Source: an uncultured Ignavibacteria bacterium (GTDB lineage: Bacteria; Zixibacteria; MSB-5A5; JAABVY01). Taken from it: DNA of 64,000 nt. The notes below the pieces were generated by a model. It worked only from the letters and a program-made list of their open reading frames with translations, was not told the origin of the DNA and made no database searches. Of the stretch, positions 28,809 to 38,218 are shown in pieces. How positions within the stretch are numbered: the first letter of the stretch is position 1; each line of letters begins with the position of its first letter. The stretch covers positions 37,179 to 101,178 of the forward strand of contig CAZBZV010000002.1 in NCBI GenBank assembly GCA_964496505.1, given 5' to 3'. Both the position numbers and the translations under genes were made by a program.

Positions 28809-30182
28809 ATGTCTTCTGTATTGGTAATTGATGATAAAGAATCAATCCGCAAGATGCTCAGTCAAACGCTGGTGGCGGAAGGCCACGAAGTTGAGTCCGC
28901 CGCTAACGGCTTTGAGGGCATAAAGAAATCCAAGTCGAAGCAGTATGATGTCGTTCTAACGGATCTGAAGATGCCGGATATGGATGGTATCTCGGTCTTG
29001 TCAGCGGTGCGAGAGGAGAATCCGGATGCCTCGGTAATCGTGATGACCGCCTACGGTACGATCGAGACCGCCGTGGAGGCGATGAAACGCGGCGCTTTCG
29101 ATTTTCTGACCAAGCCGTTCGACACAGACCATCTCAATGTTCTGATAAAGCGCGCTATGGAAACCCGCCAGTTGATGAACGAGAATATGATGCTCAAGGA
29201 GGCGCTTAAGCTCAATCTGGGCGATGGCAAAATTATCGGGACCTCGGAGAAGGTCAAAGAAGTGCTTAAGCTTGTCCAGAAGGTTGCGCCCTCTGATACA
29301 TCGGTTCTATTGATCGGGGAGTCCGGTACAGGCAAAGAGCTATTTGCCAGGGCGATTCATCAATTATCGGCACGCAAAGACAAACCATTCGTGGCAATCA
29401 ATTCGGCCGCCATACCCAGCGAGCTTCTGGAAAACGAGCTTTTTGGTTCTGAAAAAGGCGCCTTCACATCTTCACATTCCCGTCATATCGGTAAGTTCGA
29501 AATTGCCGAGGGGGGAAGCGTATTTCTGGATGAGATCGGCGATTTGCATATAGCTTTGCAGGCCAAAATCCTGCGCGTGCTCCAGGAGAAGCAGGTGGAA
29601 CGTTTGGGTGGCAGCCAGTCCGTGCCGGTTGATGTTAGAGTTGTGGCCGCTACCAATATGGATTTACAGGCTGCAATCGAAAAAAAGGAATTTCGTGAAG
29701 ATCTTTACTACAGGCTTTCGGTTTTTCCGATCACAATTCCACCGCTTAGAGATAGGCCGGAGGATATACCCGCACTGGCGGAGTATTTCGTGGACAGGTT
29801 CTGCAAGGAGATGAAAAAGCCTTTGATGAAGGTCTCCCGCGACGGCATCAAGCTGATGGAACGCTATCACTGGCCGGGCAATGTGCGTGAGCTTGAGAAT
29901 ACGATTGAGAGAGCGATAATTTTATGCGAGGGCAAGAGAATCAAGCCGGAGCATCTGGCAATCAGAATTCAGACGCCCGAGGAAATCCGCCTGCGCGAGG
30001 GCGCCGGGCTGCGCGAGGTGGGGCAGCATGCCCAGATGCATGCTGAACGTGCGCTGATACTTAGGGTGCTTTCGCAGACACGCGGCAACAAGCGCAAGGC
30101 TTCTGAGGCGTTGAAAATAGATTACACAACTTTGTTCGAAAAGATAAAGAAATATAAAATCGATCCGAATAAAGAAATATAG
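28809..30182 (+). CDS. Sigma-54-dependent response regulator of the NtrC/PilR type
   Basis: The receiver domain reads VLVIDDKESIR...DVVLTDLKMPDMDG. The AAA+ sigma-54 activation domain carries GESGTGKELFARAIH and a GAFTSS-type motif. A C-terminal Fis-type HTH is present. The start was placed at the internal Met of MSSVLVIDD. Confidence 0.85.
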   Translation: MSSVLVIDDKESIRKMLSQTLVAEGHEVESAANGFEGIKKSKSKQYDVVLTDLKMPDMDGISVLSAVREENPDASVIVMTAYGTIETAVEAMKRGAFDFLTKPFDTDHLNVLIKRAMETRQLMNENMMLKEALKLNLGDGKIIGTSEKVKEVLKLVQKVAPSDTSVLLIGESGTGKELFARAIHQLSARKDKPFVAINSAAIPSELLENELFGSEKGAFTSSHSRHIGKFEIAEGGSVFLDEIGDLHIALQAKILRVLQEKQVERLGGSQSVPVDVRVVAATNMDLQAAIEKKEFREDLYYRLSVFPITIPPLRDRPEDIPALAEYFVDRFCKEMKKPLMKVSRDGIKLMERYHWPGNVRELENTIERAIILCEGKRIKPEHLAIRIQTPEEIRLREGAGLREVGQHAQMHAERALILRVLSQTRGNKRKASEALKIDYTTLFEKIKKYKIDPNKEI

Positions 30183-30261
30183 GTTAACTCCTTAACTAAA
30201 GAAGTTCAGGCTATGAGCAAAATCGGGCTGATTGTGAAATCCGCCTGATTTTTTTTTATGC

Positions 30262-30296
30262 AAAAAAAAGCGGCCATTAAAGGCCGCTAATATTTT
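30262..30296. terminator. Bidirectional terminator between the convergent regulator and S8 protease genes
   Basis: The hairpin GCGGCC-attaaa-GGCCGC is flanked by an A-run and a T-run. Confidence 0.55.
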
Positions 30297-30299
30297 TAA

Positions 30300-32018
30300 T
30301 TACCCCGCATCATAACCCGGTGGCGCCGGTGCGCCCGGAATGAATATGAAGTTTATCAGGAATACCGCATCAGATACGTTAACCTCGCCGTCATCATTGG
30401 CATCTCCCGCCTCCATTACCGGCTGTGGAGGATCGCCGTCAATAAAGACATGGTTAATTATGTATACAGCATCCGAGATATTGAAAATGCCGTCAAAGTT
30501 GGCATCACCCTGCAGATAATCCGGTACATACATATAATTCACAGCCGCCATGACATCGATTATCCCCCATCCGTAAGCGTTATCGGGGCTGATTGCCTGC
30601 GAGGCGGTAAGCTTTAAAGCCTCGCGAACCTCCATGACATTAAAGTCTGGTCTCGCTTCCATTACAAGAGCCGCAGCTCCCGCAACCAGGGGGCAGGCCA
30701 GCGAGGTACCGCTGGCGCTGGTAATATATGTATTCGTATACGGGCTGGCGCAGACAGTGGAGGAACCGCGGGCGCAAACCTCCGGTTTAATCCTGCCGTC
30801 ATAAGTCGGGCCTTTGGAGGAAAAATAGCTTAAATATCCGCTGCTTTCAACCGAGCCAACGGCTATAACGCTGTCACCATCCGCGGGTGCGGTTATTGTG
30901 GCCGCTGAAGGTCCGCCGTTTCCGGCAGAATTGCAAACCAGGATTCCTACCGAGGCAGCATAATCAGCGGCATTGGTAATCACACAGGTGTTTCCATCAA
31001 GATCCTCGTAAGTATACCAATCTGAATAGCCTAAAGAGGAGGATATTATATTCACGCCGATTGAATCGGTCCACTGTACAGCAGCCGCCCAGTTATCTTC
31101 TTCGACCGGAGTCTCCGAGGTCATATCCTCGGTTTTTGCCAAAACAAACGTTGCACCGTAAGCCGGACCATAAATTTCGCCATCCCATCCGCCACCAAGG
31201 GTGGACCAGGTCTTGGTACCATGATCCCACTGATTAGAAACATCGCCTTCTTCATTAGCGGTTTCATAATCATTATTTATAAAATCGTATTCGGCAATTA
31301 AACGGCCGTCGGAGATAATATCGCCAAATGCCAGATGGTCTTTTCTGTAACCGGTGTCGAACATGGCTACGATTATGCCCTCTCCGCTGAATCCGGAATC
31401 ATGGGCGGCTATAACATTAATCTGGTCGAGCTGGCTGTATGTACCGCCGTAGGAGAGCTCATGGGTACCCCGCTTTTGATCCGGAACTTCATTTAACTCA
31501 TCGAGTTCCTGCGATTCCGGAGAGGCGGGACGAGTGAATTCGGCCACCGGCCGTATTTTCAGCACAAAGGGGAGATCTTTTATCTGCTCAAGTGTCTCCA
31601 GATCAGTCTCGAAACTGGCCGCATTCAGCCATTTAATCACGCGTCTGAGCTTTAAGCCATAACTTTCGATTTCATCCACATATTGCTGATTAACCGGGAG
31701 ATCCTCGAATCTGATTGCGGATGCATCGTTTCTGGCGCGGCGCTCTCGTGTTTCCGGAGTCATGGAATTGTATATCAGATCAGCCTTTTCAATAAAATCA
31801 TCAGCCTTGAATATTCCTTTATCTGTAAAATATACCCAGATCTTAACTGCTTGGCCATCCGCCTTTTCCGATAGATAGCTGTATGACTTATCTGAGATTA
31901 CAACATCGGGTTTTTCCTTTACTAATTTATCGGGGATAATATATTCCGCTGCTGAGGAATTGCCTGTTAAAGATAATGAGAATAGAATAGCAATGCTAAT
32001 TATAAGTAGTCTTTTCAT
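30300..32018 (-). CDS. Secreted subtilisin-like (S8) serine protease with a C-terminal dockerin-like module
   Basis: A signal peptide is present. The catalytic motifs are MFDTGY (Asp), DHGTKT (His) and GTSLACP (Ser). The C-terminus carries GDANFDGIFNISDAVYIINHVF...GDANDDGEVNVSDAVFLINFIF, a duplicated Ca-binding dockerin pattern. Confidence 0.8.
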   Translation of the reverse strand: MKRLLIISIAILFSLSLTGNSSAAEYIIPDKLVKEKPDVVISDKSYSYLSEKADGQAVKIWVYFTDKGIFKADDFIEKADLIYNSMTPETRERRARNDASAIRFEDLPVNQQYVDEIESYGLKLRRVIKWLNAASFETDLETLEQIKDLPFVLKIRPVAEFTRPASPESQELDELNEVPDQKRGTHELSYGGTYSQLDQINVIAAHDSGFSGEGIIVAMFDTGYRKDHLAFGDIISDGRLIAEYDFINNDYETANEEGDVSNQWDHGTKTWSTLGGGWDGEIYGPAYGATFVLAKTEDMTSETPVEEDNWAAAVQWTDSIGVNIISSSLGYSDWYTYEDLDGNTCVITNAADYAASVGILVCNSAGNGGPSAATITAPADGDSVIAVGSVESSGYLSYFSSKGPTYDGRIKPEVCARGSSTVCASPYTNTYITSASGTSLACPLVAGAAALVMEARPDFNVMEVREALKLTASQAISPDNAYGWGIIDVMAAVNYMYVPDYLQGDANFDGIFNISDAVYIINHVFIDGDPPQPVMEAGDANDDGEVNVSDAVFLINFIFIPGAPAPPGYDAG

Positions 32019-32289
32019 ATTATAGATTCCTCCGTGTTAAGCACCGATGAGTACATGCTAATTATATCCTAATCGTACTTTTTGTCAACATAAAAGGGTA
32101 TGGGATAAATCCAATACCCTATTGGCAGACTGCTTATTATATCGGATTAGGAATCGATATAAATTATCTTCAATTCAAATAACATTACATCCTAATTCAT
32201 TGTTTCTCAAAGTTTTAATTAGTGCCCAAAAAATAAAAAGCAAAAAGGCACAGCCTTTGCGAAATTATCCTGTTGGTAAACAAAAAAAG

Positions 32290-32805
32290 ATGGATATTAT
32301 TATGAAGAAAAAACTCGGTAGAAAAAACGGTTTCACGCTTCTCGAACTTATGTCGGTGGTTGTGATTATAGGTATCATGGCCGCGATCGGCATACCCACG
32401 ATGGATACGGCTATCAAGAAAATCCGGTTTAAATCGGATTCCAATACGATAATGTCCGGATTACGTCTGGCGCGTTCTCAGGCTATAGCAAAAAGAATTC
32501 AGTACGGTGTCAGTTTCGATCCGAACAGCAATGAGTTTGCGGTTTTTGAGGATATCAACGATCCCTCGAGCTTTACATTTGATGGCTCGGACAGCATCAT
32601 TATGGTTGATACGCTGGGCCGCGGAATCGAAAGTTTTACAACGACCTTTAACAATGATTTGTTATTTTTCTTCCCGGACGGACGTGCGTCCATGAGCGGA
32701 AATATAAATGGCGCAGCCACTTGGGACCCCGAGTCCGTGGCTTCCGTGCAGATTTCAGTTCTGGCGGCCACTGGCAGGATCAAAATCGATTCCCTGACCT
32801 ATTGA
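32290..32805 (+). CDS. Type IV pilin (PilA-like) with a prepilin leader
   Basis: The sequence MKKKLGRKNG|FTLLELMSVVVIIGIMAAI carries the G/FTLLE class III signal. The start may be 32290 or 32302. The ORF-track start at 32122 is probably too far upstream. Confidence 0.75.
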   Translation: MDIIMKKKLGRKNGFTLLELMSVVVIIGIMAAIGIPTMDTAIKKIRFKSDSNTIMSGLRLARSQAIAKRIQYGVSFDPNSNEFAVFEDINDPSSFTFDGSDSIIMVDTLGRGIESFTTTFNNDLLFFFPDGRASMSGNINGAATWDPESVASVQISVLAATGRIKIDSLTY

Positions 32806-32837
32806 GCCGACTTTCCTCCTTTGTTTTATCAGGTAAT

Positions 32838-32868
32838 CACCTCCCGGAAACGGGGGGTGTTTTTTTAT
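32838..32868 (+). terminator. Rho-independent terminator after the pilin gene
   Basis: The hairpin CCTCCCG-gaaa-CGGGGGG is followed by TGTTTTTTT. Confidence 0.6.
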
Positions 32869-33044
32869 GAAAAAGGGCCCTAAAAAAAATTTAATTCTCC
32901 TCAATATTTTAAAATGGGAGACGATAATAAAACTGTAGACTGAGAGAGAGTTAGTTTAGAGTGTGGGTTGCCCCCTATGGGGAGTTTCCCTCAGGTGTTT
33001 AAAACTGAAAGATATTTTTAAATCGTTTAAACGGGACAAGGCGT

Positions 33045-34097
33045 ATGCTGCTCGGATCCAAAAGTAATGTAGTCTGCGGTCTGGATATTGGTGCCTCGTC
33101 AATAAAGATGGTCAAACTGGAAAACAAAGGCGGCAACTTCGCCGTAAGGGCAATGGGCAGCCGCGATCTTCCGGTAGAGGCAATCGTTTCCGAAGATATC
33201 AAGGACCGCGATTCGATTATCTTCAATCTCCAGAGCCTGATCGAACAGACCGATCCCAAGACCAGGGATGTGGTCATTTCCATATCAGGCCATGGTGTCA
33301 TCACTGACAGAATCACTATCGAAAAGAAGACCGGCGCAGAGGCCGAACAGGCGATCCTGTTCGAGGCCGAGCAACGGTCGCCTTTCGATGTCGAGGATGT
33401 GACCCTGGATTATCATATCATCGATATCAATGAGGAGACAAATAAGATGGATGTTCTTCTGGTCGCGGCCAGAAACGAATTCCTGAAGACCTACCTCGAC
33501 ATAATCCAGGATGCGGGTCTTAAGCCGGTGATAGTCGACACCGATGCCTTTGCTATTTTGAATTCCTACGACATCAACTACGAATTAGATCAGGAACGTG
33601 TGACCGCGCTGGTCAACATCGGATACGATATCACCAATGTCACTTTTCTTAAGGATGGCAAGTATCACTCCACACGCGATATCTCTTCGGGCGGAAGAAT
33701 GATTTTTGATGCGATTCAGAAGGAATTCCGCTTGAATCAGGAACTGACTCACAAGGCGATCAGGGGAGAGATGGAAGCCTCGATCGATCAGGATATGCTC
33801 AAGGCTACGATCGTGACTTCGATCGAGGAGATGATAACCGGACTCGAGGTGGCTTTTTCATACTTCAAGTCTCTGGCCAATGTGCCCAATATCGACTGGA
33901 TAATTCTCTCGGGCGGCGGAGCGCTGATCCCGTACCTGCCGGAATTCGTGCAATCCAAACTGAATATACCGATAGAAATAGCAAATCCGTTAAGGAACAT
34001 AGAATACGATCCCGATATGTTTAGTTCCATTCAGCCAGAAAAGATCGCTCCCCTTTTATCGGTGGCTATCGGGCTGGCGGCCAGAAAGGTGAGATAG
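33045..34097 (+). CDS. pilM: Type IV pilus assembly protein PilM (actin-like ATPase fold)
   Basis: The N-terminus VVCGLDIGASSIKMVKL is typical of PilM. The length is 350 aa, and the gene is followed by pilNOPQ. Confidence 0.8.
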   Translation: MLLGSKSNVVCGLDIGASSIKMVKLENKGGNFAVRAMGSRDLPVEAIVSEDIKDRDSIIFNLQSLIEQTDPKTRDVVISISGHGVITDRITIEKKTGAEAEQAILFEAEQRSPFDVEDVTLDYHIIDINEETNKMDVLLVAARNEFLKTYLDIIQDAGLKPVIVDTDAFAILNSYDINYELDQERVTALVNIGYDITNVTFLKDGKYHSTRDISSGGRMIFDAIQKEFRLNQELTHKAIRGEMEASIDQDMLKATIVTSIEEMITGLEVAFSYFKSLANVPNIDWIILSGGGALIPYLPEFVQSKLNIPIEIANPLRNIEYDPDMFSSIQPEKIAPLLSVAIGLAARKVR

Positions 34098-34101
34098 GGC
34101 T

Positions 34102-34806
34102 ATGATAGAGATAAATCTACTTCCAAAAGAGTATCGAAGGCGGGCCACACCGCTCCATTTCGACAAAAAATGGATCTATGCCGGAGCTGCTGTCTGCCTG
34201 GTGTTTCTGCTTCTTGCCGGACTTACTTTCTACAAGAAGCATACTATTAAGGAACTGGACCAGAAAATCGTTTCGGTTCAAAGACAGCGCATGGCGCTGA
34301 ACAAGGATATCAAGCTTATAGACGGTCTGACAGATCTTAAGCAGAAGCTTCTGACCCGCCTGTCCGCGATCGAGAAGCTCGATATCAACCGCGGTATGTG
34401 GGTGGCAATAATGGAGGATCTCTCCACCCGTATTCCGGAGCTTTTATGGCTGACCAATGTTTCCGAGCAGAGTCCCAAGAAACAGGATGCGAACAATCGG
34501 AAAAAGATGAATCCGAAGAATCTCGGTCAGCAGGAGGCGGATACGACTGAGGTGAAACTGCCCTCCAAAAGACCGACCGTGATAGAGGGCTATGCCTATA
34601 CGCTCAACAGCATCGCCTCATTTCTGGTTGGCATAATGAAATCCGATTATTTCGATGATATAGAATTGGCATACGCGCGTCAGGAAGCATATCAGGAACT
34701 GGCCGCTTATAATTTCAGGATTAACTGCGTGGTAGATTACGATGCCTGGCTGAAAGAGGAATATCAGCCGGAAGTAAACGTATCAAGCCCGTTGGCCGAT
34801 CAATAA
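34102..34806 (+). CDS. pilN: Type IV pilus assembly protein PilN
   Basis: The N-terminus MIEINLLPKEYRRR is followed by one transmembrane helix. Its position between pilM and pilO supports the call. Confidence 0.65.
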   Translation: MIEINLLPKEYRRRATPLHFDKKWIYAGAAVCLVFLLLAGLTFYKKHTIKELDQKIVSVQRQRMALNKDIKLIDGLTDLKQKLLTRLSAIEKLDINRGMWVAIMEDLSTRIPELLWLTNVSEQSPKKQDANNRKKMNPKNLGQQEADTTEVKLPSKRPTVIEGYAYTLNSIASFLVGIMKSDYFDDIELAYARQEAYQELAAYNFRINCVVDYDAWLKEEYQPEVNVSSPLADQ

Positions 34807-34821
34807 TGTTGCGGAGGTACA

Positions 34822-35424
34822 ATGGATATAAAAGATCCCAGACTACATAAAATCGCCATCGGTGTTCTTGTTGTGGTGGTTCTGGTGATCTTCTGGCACT
34901 CGAGGTTTTACTCCAAATACGAGAGTGAGCTCGACCAGAAGCAGACCAGGTACGAAAAGATATTAACCGAATTGAAGCAGGTAGAACTGAAGGCGAAATC
35001 GTTGAAAGGTCTCCAGGAAGAATACGAACAACTCCTGGAGCGTTATGATAAAGTCCAGATGCTTCTCCCGAACGAGAAACAGGTTGCCAAATTCCTGATG
35101 CAGCTTCATACAGCCTCCGCACGCACTCAGTCGAAGGTTGTCGAGCTCTCACCCAAAGCTGAACGCAGTAAAGATTTCTACAAGATCAGTGATTATGAGA
35201 TTAAGTTCAGCGGAACCTTTCATGAGTTCGGAGAATTTCTGGCAAGCGTGGCAAACTTCCCGTTCATTACGAATGTTTCCCAGATTTCAATCCGCGGACT
35301 CGATGCCCAGTCTCTGAGGATGGATCAGGAGACGAATTTTGACCGGATAACCTTGGGAGCCACATTCACACTCTCGACATATTATGTTAAAGAAGACCAG
35401 AAGCTGGCAGGGATTCAACAATAG
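34822..35424 (+). CDS. pilO: Type IV pilus assembly protein PilO
   Basis: It has a single N-terminal transmembrane helix and a coiled-coil. It follows pilN. Confidence 0.55.
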   Translation: MDIKDPRLHKIAIGVLVVVVLVIFWHSRFYSKYESELDQKQTRYEKILTELKQVELKAKSLKGLQEEYEQLLERYDKVQMLLPNEKQVAKFLMQLHTASARTQSKVVELSPKAERSKDFYKISDYEIKFSGTFHEFGEFLASVANFPFITNVSQISIRGLDAQSLRMDQETNFDRITLGATFTLSTYYVKEDQKLAGIQQ

Positions 35425-35432
35425 GTAGGGTA

Positions 35433-36872
35433 ATGATGAAAAATAAAGCGTTACTTTTAATTATACTCTCGGCTTTATTGACATTGGGTTTGGCGCAGAC
35501 GGCTTTGGCCGCACCCCATATCGAGAATGTCAGCCTGAAGAAACAGGGAGATTTTGTCGAACTGACGATTTATGCCGACGGCCCCTTTACTTTTTCACAT
35601 TTCATCGAAGAGGCCAAGGCCGGTAAGCCGTATCGGGTTGTGCTGGATTTGAAGCAGGCCCTGCATAAGCTGCCGCAGTTCAATTTCCGTGAACTTCCCA
35701 CGGATGTTATCACAGCTATCAGAACCAGCCAGTATAAAATCAAGCCTGATAAGGTTGTACGAATTGTTGCCGATGTCAGCCGTCCGGTAACATATACATT
35801 AAAACAGGGCGAGGGAAGGGTTACGATTGTGTTTGCCGCTCCCGAAGAGGGCGAGTTCCAATTCTGGTGTGCGGCGCCGATTGATGAGAGCGAGAAGATC
35901 AAGCTGGCGCTGACAGAAACAGAGACCGAGACTGTGGATAAGCCGGCAAAAATGCCCGCTCATCCCGAAGCCGAAAGGAAAGCCGAAGATGAAGGCAAGT
36001 TCAATCCTCCGCCTAATACTAATAAAGGGCTCGAGGCTTCAAAACCCGCCAATGGGAAAACTGATACTGAGCAGAAAACAGTAAAATCCGCACCGGAAAC
36101 AGGGTTCTCGGCTGCTGAACGGCAGGAGCTTAAGGCAAAAATGGCCGAGATCTTCGATAATGGAGACAAGCCTAAAGAGAAACCGAAGGAAGAGCTAAAG
36201 CCTCTTGTCAAGCCGGCTCCCGAGAAGAACTCTCTGGCATCGGCCGATGACAAAAAGTCGGAGAACGCAGAACCCGAGGTTAAAAAAAGCGATGAGCCCA
36301 CGAATAAGATAAAACCGGTTAGCGAAAACGCTGATTCGAAGAAAGTGCTTTCCGACAGCCAGGCTATTACACCATCCGATCCTGTCAAGGTTATCGAGGA
36401 CAATGAGCCGGATCAGGCTCCTCAGCCGAAGAAGCCGGGAAGCAGCGGGGACGATGCCGAGGAAAGCAAGTCCAAGAAGTGGAAATCGGAAAAGGAACTG
36501 CGCAAGAGTCCCACCCGTCCGACAAAGGTCAAGGGCTCGCTGGCCGCATCATTCCCCAAGCGGGAAGTGGTAAAGTACAGATCGTACGGCCGCAGAGACC
36601 CGTTCCTGGCGCTGGTAAGCAAATCGCTATCGGGCTATGAGAACGGCGAGATGCCGGATGTGGAAACACTGCGCCTGGTCGGTGTGCTGCAGGGCGATTA
36701 TGAAAATATGGCGCTTTTAGAGGATATAGAGGGATACGGTTATATCCTCGAAAACGGCGATGATGTCAAAAACGGCTATGTGATTGAAATATACAGAGAT
36801 AAGATACTATTTCAGATAAGTGAATTTGGCTGGAGCCGTACTGTGGCTTTAACCATGGAATTAGAAGACTAA
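35433..36872 (+). CDS. pilP: PilP-like protein with an N-terminal AMIN domain and a long Lys/Glu/Pro-rich low-complexity linker
   Basis: A signal peptide is present. The AMIN-like beta segment reads VSLKKQGDFVELTIYADGP...YRVVLDL. The C-terminal roughly 100 aa resemble a PilP beta domain. The gene sits between pilO and pilQ. Confidence 0.45.
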   Translation: MMKNKALLLIILSALLTLGLAQTALAAPHIENVSLKKQGDFVELTIYADGPFTFSHFIEEAKAGKPYRVVLDLKQALHKLPQFNFRELPTDVITAIRTSQYKIKPDKVVRIVADVSRPVTYTLKQGEGRVTIVFAAPEEGEFQFWCAAPIDESEKIKLALTETETETVDKPAKMPAHPEAERKAEDEGKFNPPPNTNKGLEASKPANGKTDTEQKTVKSAPETGFSAAERQELKAKMAEIFDNGDKPKEKPKEELKPLVKPAPEKNSLASADDKKSENAEPEVKKSDEPTNKIKPVSENADSKKVLSDSQAITPSDPVKVIEDNEPDQAPQPKKPGSSGDDAEESKSKKWKSEKELRKSPTRPTKVKGSLAASFPKREVVKYRSYGRRDPFLALVSKSLSGYENGEMPDVETLRLVGVLQGDYENMALLEDIEGYGYILENGDDVKNGYVIEIYRDKILFQISEFGWSRTVALTMELED

Positions 36873-36885
36873 GAGGTAGGTAGCT

Positions 36886-38175
36886 ATGAAAAGAGTTCCG
36901 GGAACAAGACTAATCACCTGGATTGCCCTTACCCTTTTGATATTGCAGGTTTCGGTTTTTGCACAGGCGGGCGGCGATCCAAACAAACCGATCAAAGATT
37001 TGAATTTCCAAAATGCCGATATCAGGTCGGTACTGAACTTTCTGGCCGAATACGGTGATGTCAATATCGTGACCTCTCCCTCGGTGGAAGGTAACGTTAA
37101 TCTCTCTCTGAAAAATGTATCATGGCAACTGGCGCTCGATATCCTGATGAAGACCTACGGCTTAACGGCTGTACAGGAGAAGGGATACATACGCATCGTG
37201 CCTACCAAGGAATATCTGGAAGAGACCTCCATGGTTGAACGGCACAGGTCGGAACAGGCCCAGATCGTACCGCTGGAAACAGAGATTATCGAGGTTGATA
37301 ACGCCAGCGCTTTTGATCTGGTCGATCCGATCCAAACGATTTTGACAGACCGCGGCAAGGTAGAAGTCGATAAAAGATCGAACTCACTGATTATCAGCGA
37401 AATCCCGGAAAATATTCAGCTTATAAGGGAATTCGTTGATGAGCTCGATAAGGAAACCGCACAGATAAAAATTTCCGCTCAGATTGTCGAGGTCTCCAGT
37501 CAGTCGCTGGAAGAGATTGGTATTAACTGGATTATAAACGGCAACAAAAGCGTAAGAAAGAGCAGCGGTTACGAGGCCGATTATGACCATACCACGCAGG
37601 TGGAAGCCGATGAGGTTTCGGATCCGGTGGGATCATTTACATTTCAGACTCTTCAGCCGGGATGGGATCTTACCGCCACGCTGCAGGCTTTGACCTCGGA
37701 CGGTAACGGCAAGATCGTGGCACATCCCGAAATAACCACCGTCGATAATAAAGAGGCCAAGATTCAGAGCGGTCAAAAGATTCCGATTAAGACTTTCGAC
37801 CCGTCGGGTAATGTGGTTATCACTTTTGAGGAAGTCGGCACGATTCTTCGTGTGACTCCGCATGTAACCTCCGAAAACAGAATCCTGATGCATCTTCTGC
37901 CGGAGCGCTCGACCTATGCTTTCGATCCCAATGGAATTATCATCAATTCCAATAATGCCGAGACCAATGTTGTGGTCGAGAACGGCCAGACTGTCGTAAT
38001 CGGCGGACTTACGACTCAGGATATTATCGAAAGCCATATTGGCGTGCCGGTCTTAAAAGACATACCCGTACTCGGATACCTGTTCGGATATAAGAAAAAG
38101 CAGGTGGAGAACCGTGACCTGGTAATCTTTGTCACACCCACCATCGTTGGCAATGATCTGGCTGCCACCGATTAA
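36886..38175 (+). CDS. pilQ: Type IV pilus secretin PilQ
   Basis: The secretin C-domain signature VVIGGL...GVPVLKDIPVLGYLFG is present. N-terminal secretin-N-like repeats are present. Confidence 0.85.
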   Translation: MKRVPGTRLITWIALTLLILQVSVFAQAGGDPNKPIKDLNFQNADIRSVLNFLAEYGDVNIVTSPSVEGNVNLSLKNVSWQLALDILMKTYGLTAVQEKGYIRIVPTKEYLEETSMVERHRSEQAQIVPLETEIIEVDNASAFDLVDPIQTILTDRGKVEVDKRSNSLIISEIPENIQLIREFVDELDKETAQIKISAQIVEVSSQSLEEIGINWIINGNKSVRKSSGYEADYDHTTQVEADEVSDPVGSFTFQTLQPGWDLTATLQALTSDGNGKIVAHPEITTVDNKEAKIQSGQKIPIKTFDPSGNVVITFEEVGTILRVTPHVTSENRILMHLLPERSTYAFDPNGIIINSNNAETNVVVENGQTVVIGGLTTQDIIESHIGVPVLKDIPVLGYLFGYKKKQVENRDLVIFVTPTIVGNDLAATD

Positions 38176-38218
38176 TAAATGTGAAAACTATTAGCCGATT
38201 GCTTAGAGTATAGAGGGA

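Noticed and set aside
32090-32130. Possible sigma-54 (-24/-12) promoter TGGCAG-actgc-TTAT upstream of the pilin gene and downstream of the sigma-54 activator
   Set aside because: The critical -12 GC dinucleotide is missing. Here it reads TTAT rather than TTGC. Spacing to the pilin start, over 150 bp, is also long. No convincing match was found.
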